In this document: piece by piece, positions 27,889-38,180 of the stretch
Layout of the letters: each line of letters starts with the position of its first letter
Position numbering within the stretch: the stretch's first letter is position 1
Source of the DNA: Acidobacteriota bacterium
GTDB taxonomy: Bacteria > Acidobacteriota > UBA4820 > DSQY01
DNA: 63,955 nt
NCBI GenBank assembly: GCA_049967655.1
Contig: JBMFSH010000015.1
Location: forward strand, 1 to 63,955
Direction: 5' to 3'
Notes under the pieces: generated by a model
What the model saw: the letters and a program-made list of their open reading frames with translations, nothing else
What the model was told of the DNA's origin: nothing
The model's database searches: none
Program-made: the position numbers and the translations under genes

Positions 27889-28892
27889 TAACAGCCGTGC
27901 CTCACCCTGGGCACGCTCTCGCCCAGCAGGAGGGCCAGCAGACGGTCCGCACCGAGGGCGATACCGGCGCATTCCGGGAGGTGGCCCACCGCCCGGAAAA
28001 ACTGCGGATCGGCGGGATGGGCGGGCTTCCCCTGGCGGAGGCGCTCCCGCTGGTAGCGCTTGTACCGTTCCCTTTGCTCCACGGGATCGGTCAATTCCGA
28101 ATAGGCGTTGGCCAGCTCCACTCCCCCCAGATAAAGTTCGAAGCGCTCCGCAATGCGAGGGTCACCAGTTCTGAGTTTGGCCAACGCCGCCTGGAAGGCG
28201 GGGAAGCCCTCCACGACTGCCGGGCGCGGTATGCCCGCCAGGCCCGGCTCCACCTTTACGACCATGAGGAAGGAGAAGCAGTCATTCTCGTCCCACGCCT
28301 CGGTCCCCTCGGCCCCGTGGCGCCGGGCCAGCTTGCGCCATCCCTCGACGGAGTCCAGTTCGAGCCAGTCACACCCCGCGAAGCGCCGGAACGCCTCCGA
28401 GAGGGTGAGCACCTCCAGGCCCTTGTCCAGCTCGTACCTCCGGCCCTCGCGCTCCAGCGCCCCCCCCCGGAGAAAGCCCCTTCCCAGCTTCCACAGCAAA
28501 CCCCCGCAATCCTGCATCAGCTGACGTCGCGAGGAACCCTTCCGGTACCATTCGAGCATCAGAAATTCGGGGCTGTGCCCGCGGGAGGAGGGCTCATCCC
28601 GAAAGGCCGGCGCCAGGGCGAAACAGCGCTCCACGCCCGAGGCCAGCAGCTTCTTCAGGTAAAACTCGGGCGAGGTGGGCAGGTAGGCCTCCCGGCCCGA
28701 GGCCACCCCTCGGACGAGGAAGGGGTCGAGGTGCGGTTCCATGCCCGCAGCCGGAACGAGGCAGGGAGGGTCCACCTCCAAAAAGCCGCCGCGGTGGAAG
28801 AAGCTCCTCACCGCACCGAGATAGCGCGCTCTCACCTCGAACAGCCCTCGCCGGGAGCTGAGATCGGCGAGAAATCCGGGCTTCCGGGCCAT
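27888..28892 (-). CDS. epmA: EF-P lysine aminoacylase (LysRS paralogue)
   Basis: GMEPHL, YLPTSPEFYLKKLLA, FRDE..HSPEFLMLEWY, ERFELYLGGVELANAYSELTD, GIALGADRL; no anticodon domain. Confidence 0.92.
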   Translation of the reverse strand: MARKPGFLADLSSRRGLFEVRARYLGAVRSFFHRGGFLEVDPPCLVPAAGMEPHLDPFLVRGVASGREAYLPTSPEFYLKKLLASGVERCFALAPAFRDEPSSRGHSPEFLMLEWYRKGSSRRQLMQDCGGLLWKLGRGFLRGGALEREGRRYELDKGLEVLTLSEAFRRFAGCDWLELDSVEGWRKLARRHGAEGTEAWDENDCFSFLMVVKVEPGLAGIPRPAVVEGFPAFQAALAKLRTGDPRIAERFELYLGGVELANAYSELTDPVEQRERYKRYQRERLRQGKPAHPADPQFFRAVGHLPECAGIALGADRLLALLLGESVPRVRHGC

Positions 28893-29063
28893 GCAACCTC
28901 CCCTCAGAGTGTGCACCCGGGGCGGCCCGCTCTCAACCCCCACCGGCGGCTACTTGAGGCCGGCGTGGTGCCCCCTCCACCCATCGCGCCCTGGAGAGCG
29001 CTCCTACGGCCGTCATGGGAAGAGGCTTTGCCTCCTCACTCCCGACTTCTCACTTTTCCGGCC

Positions 29064-29092
29064 TTGGCCCCAGGTCGGTCTTTTCTTATACT
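29064..29092 (+). promoter_or_regulatory. Sigma70 promoter for small ORF and amidase
   Basis: TTGGCC-N17-TATACT. Confidence 0.55.
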
Positions 29093-29109
29093 GTAAGGCA
29101 GGAGGCGAG

Positions 29110-29271
29110 ATGCCGAGTCAGCAGAAGCAGCCCCGAACCCCCACCCCAGCCGTCCGTCTCCATTCCTCTTTCAACCCTTCTTTCGGTGGCCGCTTCGCGG
29201 ACGGATACCAAATCTTGTATGGCCAGCCGTTCTGTGCGCCGATCGGCGCCAGGGTGAGGATGACAGCATGA
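29110..29271 (+). CDS. Putative 53-aa small protein coupled to the amidase
   Basis: SD AGGAGG, ATG 29110, stop overlaps the amidase start (ATGA); MPSQQKQPRTPTPAVRLHSSFNPSFGGRFADGYQILYGQPFCAPIGARVRMTA. Confidence 0.45.
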   Translation: MPSQQKQPRTPTPAVRLHSSFNPSFGGRFADGYQILYGQPFCAPIGARVRMTA

Positions 29272-31238
29272 GACGACCTTTGGCCTGGCTCCTGGTATCA
29301 CTTTCCCTGACGATGGCGCTCTCCTGGCCCCTGGCGGCGGTATCGCGGCCTCAGCCCGTACCGACCCGGGAGGGGCGAAGGGCCTGCCTGGAGGGCGCCA
29401 TCTTCCTGCGGGTTCCCCTGCCCCGTGGCGAGGGCTTCGTCTGGGTCGCACGCCGCTACACAGGCGACCGCCAGAACGCGGGGACCATCGAACGGTTCAA
29501 TCCCAGGCACCGCCGCCAAAGACTCACGGAGGTGAGAGTCCCCCTGGATCTCCTCCTCCCGGCCTACCGCACGGAGACTCTCAAAGCCCTCTTCCCCAAA
29601 GACAGGCGCACCTCCGACGGGTGGGAGCACCTCTGGGGACAGCCGTCCACGGGAGGCAGGGAGACCTGGGCGGAGGCGGCGGCCTGGTTCACGGGCTCGG
29701 TCCGCAATGCGGGCTCACTCAGGCACGCCAATCCGAAGCTGCCAGCCCATCCGAAGCGAGGCACGGAGGTGCTGATTCCGGAGGGCCTCCTCCTGGACAA
29801 CCTCCGAGCCATCGAGGCTCCCCCGCCTCCACCCGGCCCTGGCCTGCCGCCCCGGCCGAGCGGGCACGCCGCGGCGGAGTCCCAGCCTCCTCCCCCGAAG
29901 CCCGCCATCGGGGCGGCGGGTGAAGAAGGGGGGGGGGGCTCCGCAGCCCCAGAAACCCTCAAGGTCATCAGCGCTCCATCCCCCGGGGAGCAAACCTCTC
30001 CGGGGCCGGGCCCCGCTCCGCAGCCCCTGCCGGGGGGGCAGGGAGAAGAGCCGCTCTCGCCGGCCGAACCTTCGGCCGCCAAGCCCGAGAGAGCCAGCCC
30101 TCCGGCCGCCCCCCCCCTGACTTACGGGCGCGACTCGCAGGGGCCTTACGCCGTGTATCGCCTCAAGGCCGGCGAGGCGCTGTACAGCTCGGTGGTCGTG
30201 CGGTTCACCGGCAACGTGAACGCGGAGGACGTGAACGCCATGGCCCTTGCCATCGCCAAGCGCTCAGGTATCACGCGCGTGACGGGTATCCCCGTGGGTT
30301 ATCCCATCAAGATCCCCCTCGATGATCTCCTGCCCCAGTACCTGCCGCCGGGCAGCTCCCAGTACCAGGCGTGGGCCAAGCAGCAGGCCGAGGCGGCACG
30401 GTTCACCAACACCTACAAGAACTCAGCCCTGGACGGCGTGGTGGTGATTCTGGACCCGGGCCACGGAGGACTGGACCGCGGGGCCATGGCCAACAATGTG
30501 TGGGAGGACTCCTACGTCTACGACATCGCCTGCCGCATCCACGAGGGGCTAGAGCGCCGGACCAAGGCCCGCGTGCTCATGACCTTGCTGGATCCCCAGC
30601 TCGGCTACCGCCCCCAGGACAAGGAGCGGCTGACACCGAACACGGGCGCCGTGATCCTCACCCACCCGTGGTTTCACCAGACCAACGACAGGGAAACGCA
30701 CGTGGAGGTCAACCTGCGCTGGTACCTGGCCAACCAGTACTTCCTGAGGCTCCAGAAGGAGGGCGTGGATCCCCACCGGGTCGTCTTCACCTCCATCCAC
30801 GCCGATTCGCTCTACCCCTCTCTGCGGGGCTCCATGTTCTACATTCCGGGCGCGGCCTACCGGAGCGGCCGCTGGTCCTCGAGCGGGGGCCTCTACCAGG
30901 ATTTCGAAGAGTACAGGAAGCAGCCCGTCTATCACCTCTCCAACAGGGAAATGGTGCGCAGCGAGGGGCTTTCCCAGGAGTTCGCGGAGGACCTCGAGAA
31001 AACCTTCTCCGCCGACGGCCTGCTGCTCCACCCCTACGATCCGACGAGGGACCACGTGGTCAGGGGGCACCGCTCGTGGGTCCCCGCCGTGCTGCGGAAC
31101 ACCATCGTGCCTTGCGCGGTCCTCATCGAGGTCTGCAACCTGAACAATCCGAAGGATGCCAAGCTCATCGCCGACCCAGCCTACCGCCAGAAGGTAGCCG
31201 ATGCCTACATCCAGGCGCTGATCAAGTACTACTCCTGA
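29268..31238 (+). CDS. N-acetylmuramoyl-L-alanine amidase (Amidase_3) with LysM-like N-terminal repeats
   Basis: Signal peptide; ILDPGHGGLD, SIHADS, VLIEVCNLNN Zn motifs; Pro-rich linker. Confidence 0.85.
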   Translation: MRRPLAWLLVSLSLTMALSWPLAAVSRPQPVPTREGRRACLEGAIFLRVPLPRGEGFVWVARRYTGDRQNAGTIERFNPRHRRQRLTEVRVPLDLLLPAYRTETLKALFPKDRRTSDGWEHLWGQPSTGGRETWAEAAAWFTGSVRNAGSLRHANPKLPAHPKRGTEVLIPEGLLLDNLRAIEAPPPPPGPGLPPRPSGHAAAESQPPPPKPAIGAAGEEGGGGSAAPETLKVISAPSPGEQTSPGPGPAPQPLPGGQGEEPLSPAEPSAAKPERASPPAAPPLTYGRDSQGPYAVYRLKAGEALYSSVVVRFTGNVNAEDVNAMALAIAKRSGITRVTGIPVGYPIKIPLDDLLPQYLPPGSSQYQAWAKQQAEAARFTNTYKNSALDGVVVILDPGHGGLDRGAMANNVWEDSYVYDIACRIHEGLERRTKARVLMTLLDPQLGYRPQDKERLTPNTGAVILTHPWFHQTNDRETHVEVNLRWYLANQYFLRLQKEGVDPHRVVFTSIHADSLYPSLRGSMFYIPGAAYRSGRWSSSGGLYQDFEEYRKQPVYHLSNREMVRSEGLSQEFAEDLEKTFSADGLLLHPYDPTRDHVVRGHRSWVPAVLRNTIVPCAVLIEVCNLNNPKDAKLIADPAYRQKVADAYIQALIKYYS

Positions 31239-31413
31239 GGCGAAAGGCAGGGAGACCGGAAGCGCAACAGGGAAGAGTGGCCCCGAATTCGTGGTCAATT
31301 CGGGTCACTTTCCCGTCATTTTGGGTGAGTATCTATGAAGAGTACGCTGGAAGCGGTGGCCCCTCTCGGGGCGTGTTAGCGGCACTCAACGGGGAGGGGC
31401 GGAGGGGCTGTCC

Positions 31414-32271
31414 ATGGGCTTTGACCGAACGGAGTGTTCGCCCCGTGGGGAGGCGGATCTCAGTCTTCCCATCGTCTCCGAGGAAAGCGCGGGCGAGGAG
31501 CGGCGGACCCTGCTGTCCGCCATCCTCATCGTCAAGAACGAGGCGGAGCACATCGTGGAGGCCATTGAGGCGCTGCGATGGGCCGACGAGATCCTCGTGG
31601 TGGTGGATTCGGCCAGCACCGACGGCACGCTGGAACTGGCTCGGGCCTGCGGAGGGAGGGTCCGGGCCCTAATCCACCCCTTCGAGGGCTATGCCGCCCA
31701 GCGGAACTGGTCCATCGAGGCCGCCTCATGCCCATGGATCTTCATGATGGACGCCGACGAGCGGCCCTCGGAAGCCCTGGTGGCCTCGATGCGGGCGCTC
31801 CTCCGAGAAGGCCCCCCCATGGACGCCTATCAAATCTACCGCCGGAACGTCATGTTCGGCCGAGAGCTGGAGCACGGAGGGCAGGCCAACGACCGGGTGA
31901 CCCGATTCTTCAGGAGGGAGATGCGTTACAACGACCGCCTCGTGCACGAGGAGATTATCGGAGAGGGGCCCCTAGGTTCCCTGGATGGCTACCTCATGCA
32001 CTACACCTTCCGCGATTGGGACCAGTACATGGAAAAGATGCACCGGTACGTCGTCCTCGGCGGACAACAGGCATTCCGGGACGGGGCCCGCGCGGGCCTT
32101 CTCACCCTTCTCTTGCGGCCCATGCACCGCTTCCTCAAGCAGTTGCTCTGGAGGGGCGGGTTCCTAGACGGCATGCCCGGGATCCTCTACGCCTGCCTGG
32201 CCAGCTACAGCGTCTTCCTGAAGTACGCCGTGCTCTGGGATCTCCAGAGGCGGCGCCCCACGCTACCGTGA
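31414..32271 (+). CDS. Glycosyltransferase family 2 (LPS core beta-1,4-glucosyltransferase-like)
   Basis: IVKNEA, DSASTDGT, GYAAQRN, MDADE, VHE, HYT, GFLDGMPG; start uncertain. Confidence 0.88.
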   Translation: MGFDRTECSPRGEADLSLPIVSEESAGEERRTLLSAILIVKNEAEHIVEAIEALRWADEILVVVDSASTDGTLELARACGGRVRALIHPFEGYAAQRNWSIEAASCPWIFMMDADERPSEALVASMRALLREGPPMDAYQIYRRNVMFGRELEHGGQANDRVTRFFRREMRYNDRLVHEEIIGEGPLGSLDGYLMHYTFRDWDQYMEKMHRYVVLGGQQAFRDGARAGLLTLLLRPMHRFLKQLLWRGGFLDGMPGILYACLASYSVFLKYAVLWDLQRRRPTLP

Positions 32272-32477
32272 CCTGGGTGACCTCCGGGGAATCCCGCGAG
32301 GCCGAGGGCACCCCCACCCTCCATCCCCAAGCCCCACCTTGTCCGGCCCCGGACAATCCCGCATAATGGCTCATGGACCGGGGATTTCGGGCCGCGGGGC
32401 GCGCGGCTTCCCCCCGGCGATGGGGCGGCCGGATCTCCTATGGTCCAAGCGGCGTCGGGTTTCTCGTGGGAGTAGAG

Positions 32478-34349
32478 ATGGTGAAAGGGGCGGGAGGGGC
32501 ACCCAAGCGGACCATGGGTTTTGCCTCCCTGGCCAGAATCTGGAGGGAGTTCGCCGGGCGTCACAAGGCGCGATTCGCCTTCGGCCTCCTGGCCTTGGTG
32601 GTGGCCAGTGTCTTCTATGCCTTCGAGATCTACATGGTCCGCTTCATCTTTGACGGCCTGCTCAACCCCTCGAAAAATACCAGCCTCAGCACTTTCCGGC
32701 ATTACATGGAGCGTCTGCGCCTGAACCTTCTCTTCCCCATTGATCAGGAGCGGTTGTTCCTCTACATCCCCATCACTCTGGTTCTCATCTTCTTCTTCAA
32801 GGGGATCTTCAGCTACCTCGGCAAGTACTCCGTGGACCGGGTGGGATTGAGCACCATCACCGACCTCCGGGATGCCCTGTACAAGAGGATCATGACCCAG
32901 AGCCACGACTTCTTCGCCGATCACCCCACCGGGATGCTCATCTCGCGCCTCATCTCGGACATCGAGTGGATCAAGACCTCCGTGAGCGAGAAGCTCACCG
33001 AGCTCACGAACGCCATCTTCTCTCTGATCGCCTTGCTGATCAGCGCCTTCGTGCAGGACTGGCGCCTCACCCTCCTCTCCCTGGTGACCGTCCCCATGGT
33101 GGCCCTCCCCCTCACCCGGTTCTCCCGGAAGCTCAGGAGCACCTCCCGCCGGAGCCAGGAGCAGATGGCGGTGCTCTCCACGAGGATGAAGGAGACCGTC
33201 TCGGGAATCCGCATCGTCCAGATGTTCCAGATGGAGCAGCAGGAGATGGAGAGGTTTTCCAAATCCAACCGCGAACTGCTCCGCGCCAACCTGAAGGCCA
33301 CGCGGGTCATGGCCCTGACCACGCCGCTCATGGAGCTCATCGGGGGCTTCGCGGTGGCGGGAATCCTCTACTACGGCCACTTCCGCATCCTGAGCGGACG
33401 TACGACCATGGGCGCCTTCAGCGCCTTCCTGGCCACCCTGTACGCCATGTACGTCCCCGTCAAGAAATTAAGCCAGTCTAACAACATCGTGCAGCAGGCC
33501 GTCTCCGCGGCGGAGCGCTCCGTGGAACTCCTGGACCGCCCGGTGGCCGTGGTGGAGCGGCCCGGCGCCCGGGAGCTGCCCCCCTTTTCGGACCGCATCC
33601 GCTTCCGCGACGTGGTCTTCGCCTACAACGAAGACGAGCACCGAATATTGGACGAGTTGAACCTGGACATCCCCAAGGGGCAGATCCTCGCCATCGTGGG
33701 CTCTTCCGGGGCGGGCAAGACGACCCTTGTGAACCTCCTTCCGCGGCTGTTCGACGTCAAGGGGGGGCAGGTGAGCATCGACGGAACCGACATCCGGGAC
33801 GTTACGCTGCGGAGCCTGCGCTCCCAGATCGGCATGGTCTCGCAAGAGACCGTCCTCTTCGACGACAGCGTGGCCGCCAACATCGGCTATGGGAACCCGG
33901 CGGCCTCGCGGGAGGCCATCGAGCGGGCCGCCCGGCAGGCCCTGGCGCACGACTTCATCGCGGAAATGCCCCAGGGCTACGAGACGCGGATCGGCGAGGG
34001 GGGGTTCGCCCTGTCCGGCGGCCAGCGCCAGCGCCTGGCCATCGCCCGCGCCCTGCTGAAGGACCCGCCCATTCTCATCCTGGACGAGGCCACCTCGAAC
34101 CTCGACTCGGAGAGCGAATACTTCGTCCAGCAGGCCCTCTTCAACCTCCTGAAGGGGCGGACCACGCTCGTCATCGCGCACCGCCTCGCCACCATCTTGA
34201 ACGCCCACAGGATCGTGGTCCTGGATGGGGGACGGGTGGTTGAGGAGGGGACCCACCAGGAGCTGTTGGACCGGGGCGGGCTGTACGCCCAGCTCTGCGA
34301 ACGGGAGTTCCGGGCGTCGCGCCCCCTTGAAGACCCCATGGCCCGGTGA
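32478..34349 (+). CDS. msbA: Lipid A flippase-type ABC transporter
   Basis: ABC transmembrane domain plus GSSGAGKTT, LSGGQRQR, LDEATSNLD, IAHRL; LPS gene context; start could be 32373, 32478 or 32514. Confidence 0.8.
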   Translation: MVKGAGGAPKRTMGFASLARIWREFAGRHKARFAFGLLALVVASVFYAFEIYMVRFIFDGLLNPSKNTSLSTFRHYMERLRLNLLFPIDQERLFLYIPITLVLIFFFKGIFSYLGKYSVDRVGLSTITDLRDALYKRIMTQSHDFFADHPTGMLISRLISDIEWIKTSVSEKLTELTNAIFSLIALLISAFVQDWRLTLLSLVTVPMVALPLTRFSRKLRSTSRRSQEQMAVLSTRMKETVSGIRIVQMFQMEQQEMERFSKSNRELLRANLKATRVMALTTPLMELIGGFAVAGILYYGHFRILSGRTTMGAFSAFLATLYAMYVPVKKLSQSNNIVQQAVSAAERSVELLDRPVAVVERPGARELPPFSDRIRFRDVVFAYNEDEHRILDELNLDIPKGQILAIVGSSGAGKTTLVNLLPRLFDVKGGQVSIDGTDIRDVTLRSLRSQIGMVSQETVLFDDSVAANIGYGNPAASREAIERAARQALAHDFIAEMPQGYETRIGEGGFALSGGQRQRLAIARALLKDPPILILDEATSNLDSESEYFVQQALFNLLKGRTTLVIAHRLATILNAHRIVVLDGGRVVEEGTHQELLDRGGLYAQLCEREFRASRPLEDPMAR

Positions 34350-34837
34350 TAAGCTGGCTCAAAAGGAGGCCCTTCTTGGAGGAGCAGGAGAAGAACCCTG
34401 TCAGGATTTTGGACAGGCGGCACTTCACCCGTGAAGGCGACCGCCGGAAGGAAGAGGAGATGCCCCCGGAAGAGAAGCCGGTGGCGAGCGGACAGCCGGC
34501 GCCTGCCGCGGCCTCCTCCTCCGCTCCCGTTCCCGAGCCCAAGCCCGAGCCGGAGAGGCCGGGCAGGGGGCGGGAGCCCGGGCAGCCCTCCGTCTTCACG
34601 GAGCTCGTCCTCTCCCTGAGCACCTCGTGCTACATGAGCCTGGGCCAGATCCCCGAGCCCTCCGGGGGCCTCTCCGAGGTCAACCTGGAGGCCGCCGCCT
34701 CCTACATCGACATCCTTGAGATGCTGGCGCGGAAGACCCGGGGCAATCTCGATCCTTACGAGAAGGACGTTCTGGACAAGATCCTAGTGGAACTCAAGCT
34801 GGTGTACGTGCAGGTGAGGCAGAAGATCGGTCCATGA
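34346..34837 (+). CDS. DUF1844-like protein
   Basis: SLSTSCYMSLG..VNLEAA..IDILEMLARKTRGNL..LKLVYV. Confidence 0.75.
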   Translation: MISWLKRRPFLEEQEKNPVRILDRRHFTREGDRRKEEEMPPEEKPVASGQPAPAAASSSAPVPEPKPEPERPGRGREPGQPSVFTELVLSLSTSCYMSLGQIPEPSGGLSEVNLEAAASYIDILEMLARKTRGNLDPYEKDVLDKILVELKLVYVQVRQKIGP

Positions 34838-36828
34838 GATCCCGTCGGGTGCCTCTGACAGCTCCGGTACTGGTGGCGGCCTTTTGCCTGCTCTCGCTGG
34901 CCTGCCCCGCCCTGGGACAGGGCCGCGCCAAGGTTCGCGCGGCGTCCACCCCCCCCGCTTCGGCGGAGGGTCCGACCATCCAGCTGAATCCCAACGTCAT
35001 TCGCCAGCAGATGGCCAGTTCGTACGAATCCCTGGTGGACGTCAACAACCAGACCACCATCACCCGCTACATCGAGGCGTTCAAGAACGCCAAGACCACG
35101 GAGGACCAGGACCAGCTGGTCTCGGAGCTGACGGACTACTGCGTGGAGCGCGGACTGCGGCCCTCGCCGGACGTGGCGGAGATCTTCCTGTCCCTGGCCT
35201 ACCAGGCCAGCGCCCAGGGGAACATGGGGGAGTTTCAGCGCTTCAGCCGTTACGCCCTCTCCTTCGATCCGGGCCATCCGGCCGTGCACCTGGCGCTGGC
35301 GTCGGCGGCCAGGAGCAGGGGCGGCCTCCTCTCGGGTGAGTTCTACTACGAAGCCCTGACCGCCCTCTTCCTGAGCGTGCAGAACATCGAGACCCGGTGG
35401 GCGGCCCTGGCAAACCTGGGGCTCTGGCTCCGCCTGACCGCGTTCCTTCTCCTGGGCGTGCTCGCCCTCATGCTCGCGATCAAGTATCAGGCCCTGTTCC
35501 GCCACGACATCCGGGAGTGGCTGGGCGGAGGAGAATCTCGGTGGGTCGAAGCGGCGGGGCTGATCGGCCTCTTCCTGCCCTCCCTGCTCTTCCTCTCCGG
35601 CTACTGGTGGATCATTTACTGGGCGGGCCTCTTCCTGGTCTACGCCCGGTGGCCCCAACGGGCCGCCATCCTCATGGCCGTGGCCCTCTTCGTGCTGAGC
35701 GGCGCCGTCGACACCTTTTACCAGCAGCGGCTCTACCTCACCGAGTCGCCGCCCAACGCCTCGAACCTGCGCTGCTACGCGCACCGGATCGGCGTGGGCC
35801 TGGACTCCGCCCTGGTGGAGCACCTCGGGGCCCAGGATCCCCTCCGCGGGACCTACACCTACCTCCTCGCCAGCCGCTACCTCCTGCACGGCAGCTACAT
35901 GAAGGCTGAAAACCTGTACCAGGATCTCCTGAAGGAGTCGCCGGCCGACGCCGGCGCCTTCAACAACATGGGATGCCTCTACTATTATGAGAACCGCTAC
36001 CAGGAGGCCATCCAGGCGTTCACGAAGGCGACGGCCATCCAGCCGAAGCTCGCCGTGGCCTACCTGAACCGCTCCTTCGCGGAGAACAAGGTCTTCGACT
36101 TCTCGGCCTCCAAGACCGATCAGGACAAGGCGGGGTCGCTCAAGGCGGGGCTCCTCAGCGTCGTCCGGAACTCCGAAGCCGAAGACCTGAGCCCCATCCC
36201 AATCTGGCTCCCCCTCGCCAAGACGACAGACATCGCCGCGCGGCTGGACCTGCCTCAGAGCAGCCTGAAGGGTCCCGTCAAGAACGCCGACACCTGGGCC
36301 GGGTACCTGTTCCTCCCCCCCTTCTCCCTCATGGCACTCGTCTTCGTCCTGGCCTTCCTGGGCCTGGCCCTCAGCAGGAAGGCCGACTATTTCGCCCGGG
36401 CCTGCGCCAAGTGCGGACAGCCCTTCTGCGGCCGCTGCAAGACCTCTCTCGAATTCGAGTCCTTCTGCTCCCAGTGCGTGCACCTCTTCATCCGGCAGGA
36501 CGGCGTTTCGCCCGAGGCGCGCATCAAGAAGAACTACGAGGTGGAGCGCCACCTGAAACTCCAGAGGGTTCAGCGGCTGGTTCTGGCCTTCGTAGCGCCG
36601 GGAGCCAACCTCTTTGTGGAGGGCCGTCCCTACTCGGCCATATTCATGCTGTTCCTTTGGTGCGGGCTGCTGGTGGCCTTCGCCCTTCCGTTCATCGGAT
36701 TTCCCCTTCCCATACCGGGGATGGTGAGCACGGCGCCCTTTCACACCCTGCTGTGGCTCGTGGGCGGAGGGCTGGCTGCTCTCATCTGGCTCCTGTTCGG
36801 GCTCCAGGCCCTGCTCAGCGGAAAGTAG
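34834..36828 (+). CDS. Membrane protein with TPR repeats and a Cys-rich zinc-finger-like region
   Basis: Signal peptide; multiple TM helices; TPR AFNNMGCLYY..YQEAIQAFTKA..AVAYLN; CAKCGQPFCGRC..CSQC. Confidence 0.8.
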   Translation: MRSRRVPLTAPVLVAAFCLLSLACPALGQGRAKVRAASTPPASAEGPTIQLNPNVIRQQMASSYESLVDVNNQTTITRYIEAFKNAKTTEDQDQLVSELTDYCVERGLRPSPDVAEIFLSLAYQASAQGNMGEFQRFSRYALSFDPGHPAVHLALASAARSRGGLLSGEFYYEALTALFLSVQNIETRWAALANLGLWLRLTAFLLLGVLALMLAIKYQALFRHDIREWLGGGESRWVEAAGLIGLFLPSLLFLSGYWWIIYWAGLFLVYARWPQRAAILMAVALFVLSGAVDTFYQQRLYLTESPPNASNLRCYAHRIGVGLDSALVEHLGAQDPLRGTYTYLLASRYLLHGSYMKAENLYQDLLKESPADAGAFNNMGCLYYYENRYQEAIQAFTKATAIQPKLAVAYLNRSFAENKVFDFSASKTDQDKAGSLKAGLLSVVRNSEAEDLSPIPIWLPLAKTTDIAARLDLPQSSLKGPVKNADTWAGYLFLPPFSLMALVFVLAFLGLALSRKADYFARACAKCGQPFCGRCKTSLEFESFCSQCVHLFIRQDGVSPEARIKKNYEVERHLKLQRVQRLVLAFVAPGANLFVEGRPYSAIFMLFLWCGLLVAFALPFIGFPLPIPGMVSTAPFHTLLWLVGGGLAALIWLLFGLQALLSGK

Positions 36829-36846
36829 CCCTATCGGGGGTGGACC

Positions 36847-38100
36847 ATGGCTCTCGCGGGAACACTGAAGGACTTCAGCCTGGCCGATATTTTCCAGCTG
36901 ATCTCACTGCAGAAGAAGACCGGCTATCTGACCCTCCGAAGCGAACAGGACGTGGTCACCGTCACCTTCCTCGAAGGGACCGTCGTGGGCGCCGAGTCCC
37001 TGAACAAGCGCATCGAGGATCGGCTGGGCCACGTATTGGTGAAGACCGCCAGGATCTCGAAGGAGGAGCTGGCCAAGGCCCTCGAGGTGCAGAAGCAGAC
37101 CCTTCAGCGCCTGGGCTACATTCTCGTGGCTGAGAACTTTATCGATCCCGAAAGCCTCCATACGGCCCTGGCCATCCAGATGCAGCAGACCATCTTCCGC
37201 CTCTTCAGGTGGAAGGACGGGGACTACAACTTCGAAGCCCGCGATTCGGTGGAGTACGACCGGGAGAACGTGACCCCCATGTCCGCCGAGAGCATCCTGA
37301 TGGAGGGCATCCGGATGCTCGATGAATGGCCCCTCATCGAGAAGAAGATCCCCACCTTCGACAAAATCTTCGAGAAGATCCCCCTCCCGGCTCCGCCCAT
37401 CCTCGACACCCGGGTGGACCTATCGCCCGGTGGTCTCGCGGGACTCTTGGGCGAGCAGCCGCCGAGGAGCGACGCTCGGGAAAAATCGGGACCGACCCAG
37501 GGCGCGGCGGTCCAGTTGAGACTCAGCCAGGAGGAGATGGCCGTCTACCAGCACGTCAACGGGGTCTTCACCGTGCAGGAGATCATCGACCGCAGCGGCC
37601 TGAACGAGTTCGAGACCTGCAAGTCGCTCTTCGAGCTCCTGAACCGCCAGATCATCCGCCCCATCCTGCCCGTTCAGGAGGAGGCCTCTCCCGAGCCGCG
37701 GCGGTTCTTCCTTGCCCCGGCTGCCCTGGAGAACTTGGCCATGCCGCTCTTCTGGGCCTGGATCGGGCTCTCGGTCCTCCTCCTCCCCTTTCACCCGCTC
37801 GATCACCTGCCCTGGGCCGACCGCTCCGCCCAGCGCGATCGCATGGTCCTGGATACGCGGCTCAAGCTCCAGCGCGTCTGCCAGTCCATCAGGGAGTACG
37901 AGCTCCGCACGGGTCGCCTGCCGGCCAACCTCTCCGTGCTCGTCCAGGAGGAAAACCTGCCTCCGAGGGACCTGGTGGACGCCTACCGTTTCCCCCTGAT
38001 CTACCAGGCCACGGGCAGCGGCTACACGCTGGCCGCCCGGGGCTCCTCCGGGGAGCTCCTTCAGGACCTCATGTTCTCTTCCGCGGAAACCACCGAGTGA
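36847..38100 (+). CDS. DUF4388 (PatA_N-like) protein with TM helix and GspG-like C-terminal domain
   Basis: MALAGTLKDFSLADIFQLI..KKTG, RLGHVLV/RLGYILV, LFRWKDGDYNF, LMEGIRMLDEW; tail YELRTGRLP..DAYRFPLIY. Confidence 0.8.
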   Translation: MALAGTLKDFSLADIFQLISLQKKTGYLTLRSEQDVVTVTFLEGTVVGAESLNKRIEDRLGHVLVKTARISKEELAKALEVQKQTLQRLGYILVAENFIDPESLHTALAIQMQQTIFRLFRWKDGDYNFEARDSVEYDRENVTPMSAESILMEGIRMLDEWPLIEKKIPTFDKIFEKIPLPAPPILDTRVDLSPGGLAGLLGEQPPRSDAREKSGPTQGAAVQLRLSQEEMAVYQHVNGVFTVQEIIDRSGLNEFETCKSLFELLNRQIIRPILPVQEEASPEPRRFFLAPAALENLAMPLFWAWIGLSVLLLPFHPLDHLPWADRSAQRDRMVLDTRLKLQRVCQSIREYELRTGRLPANLSVLVQEENLPPRDLVDAYRFPLIYQATGSGYTLAARGSSGELLQDLMFSSAETTE

Positions 38101-38180
38101 GAAGGCCCCCCGGCGGCGGGCGCCCGTGACGTTCCGGCCCTCCGCCTCTCGCTACGGGAGACCCCGCAGGCGCGGGTGGC

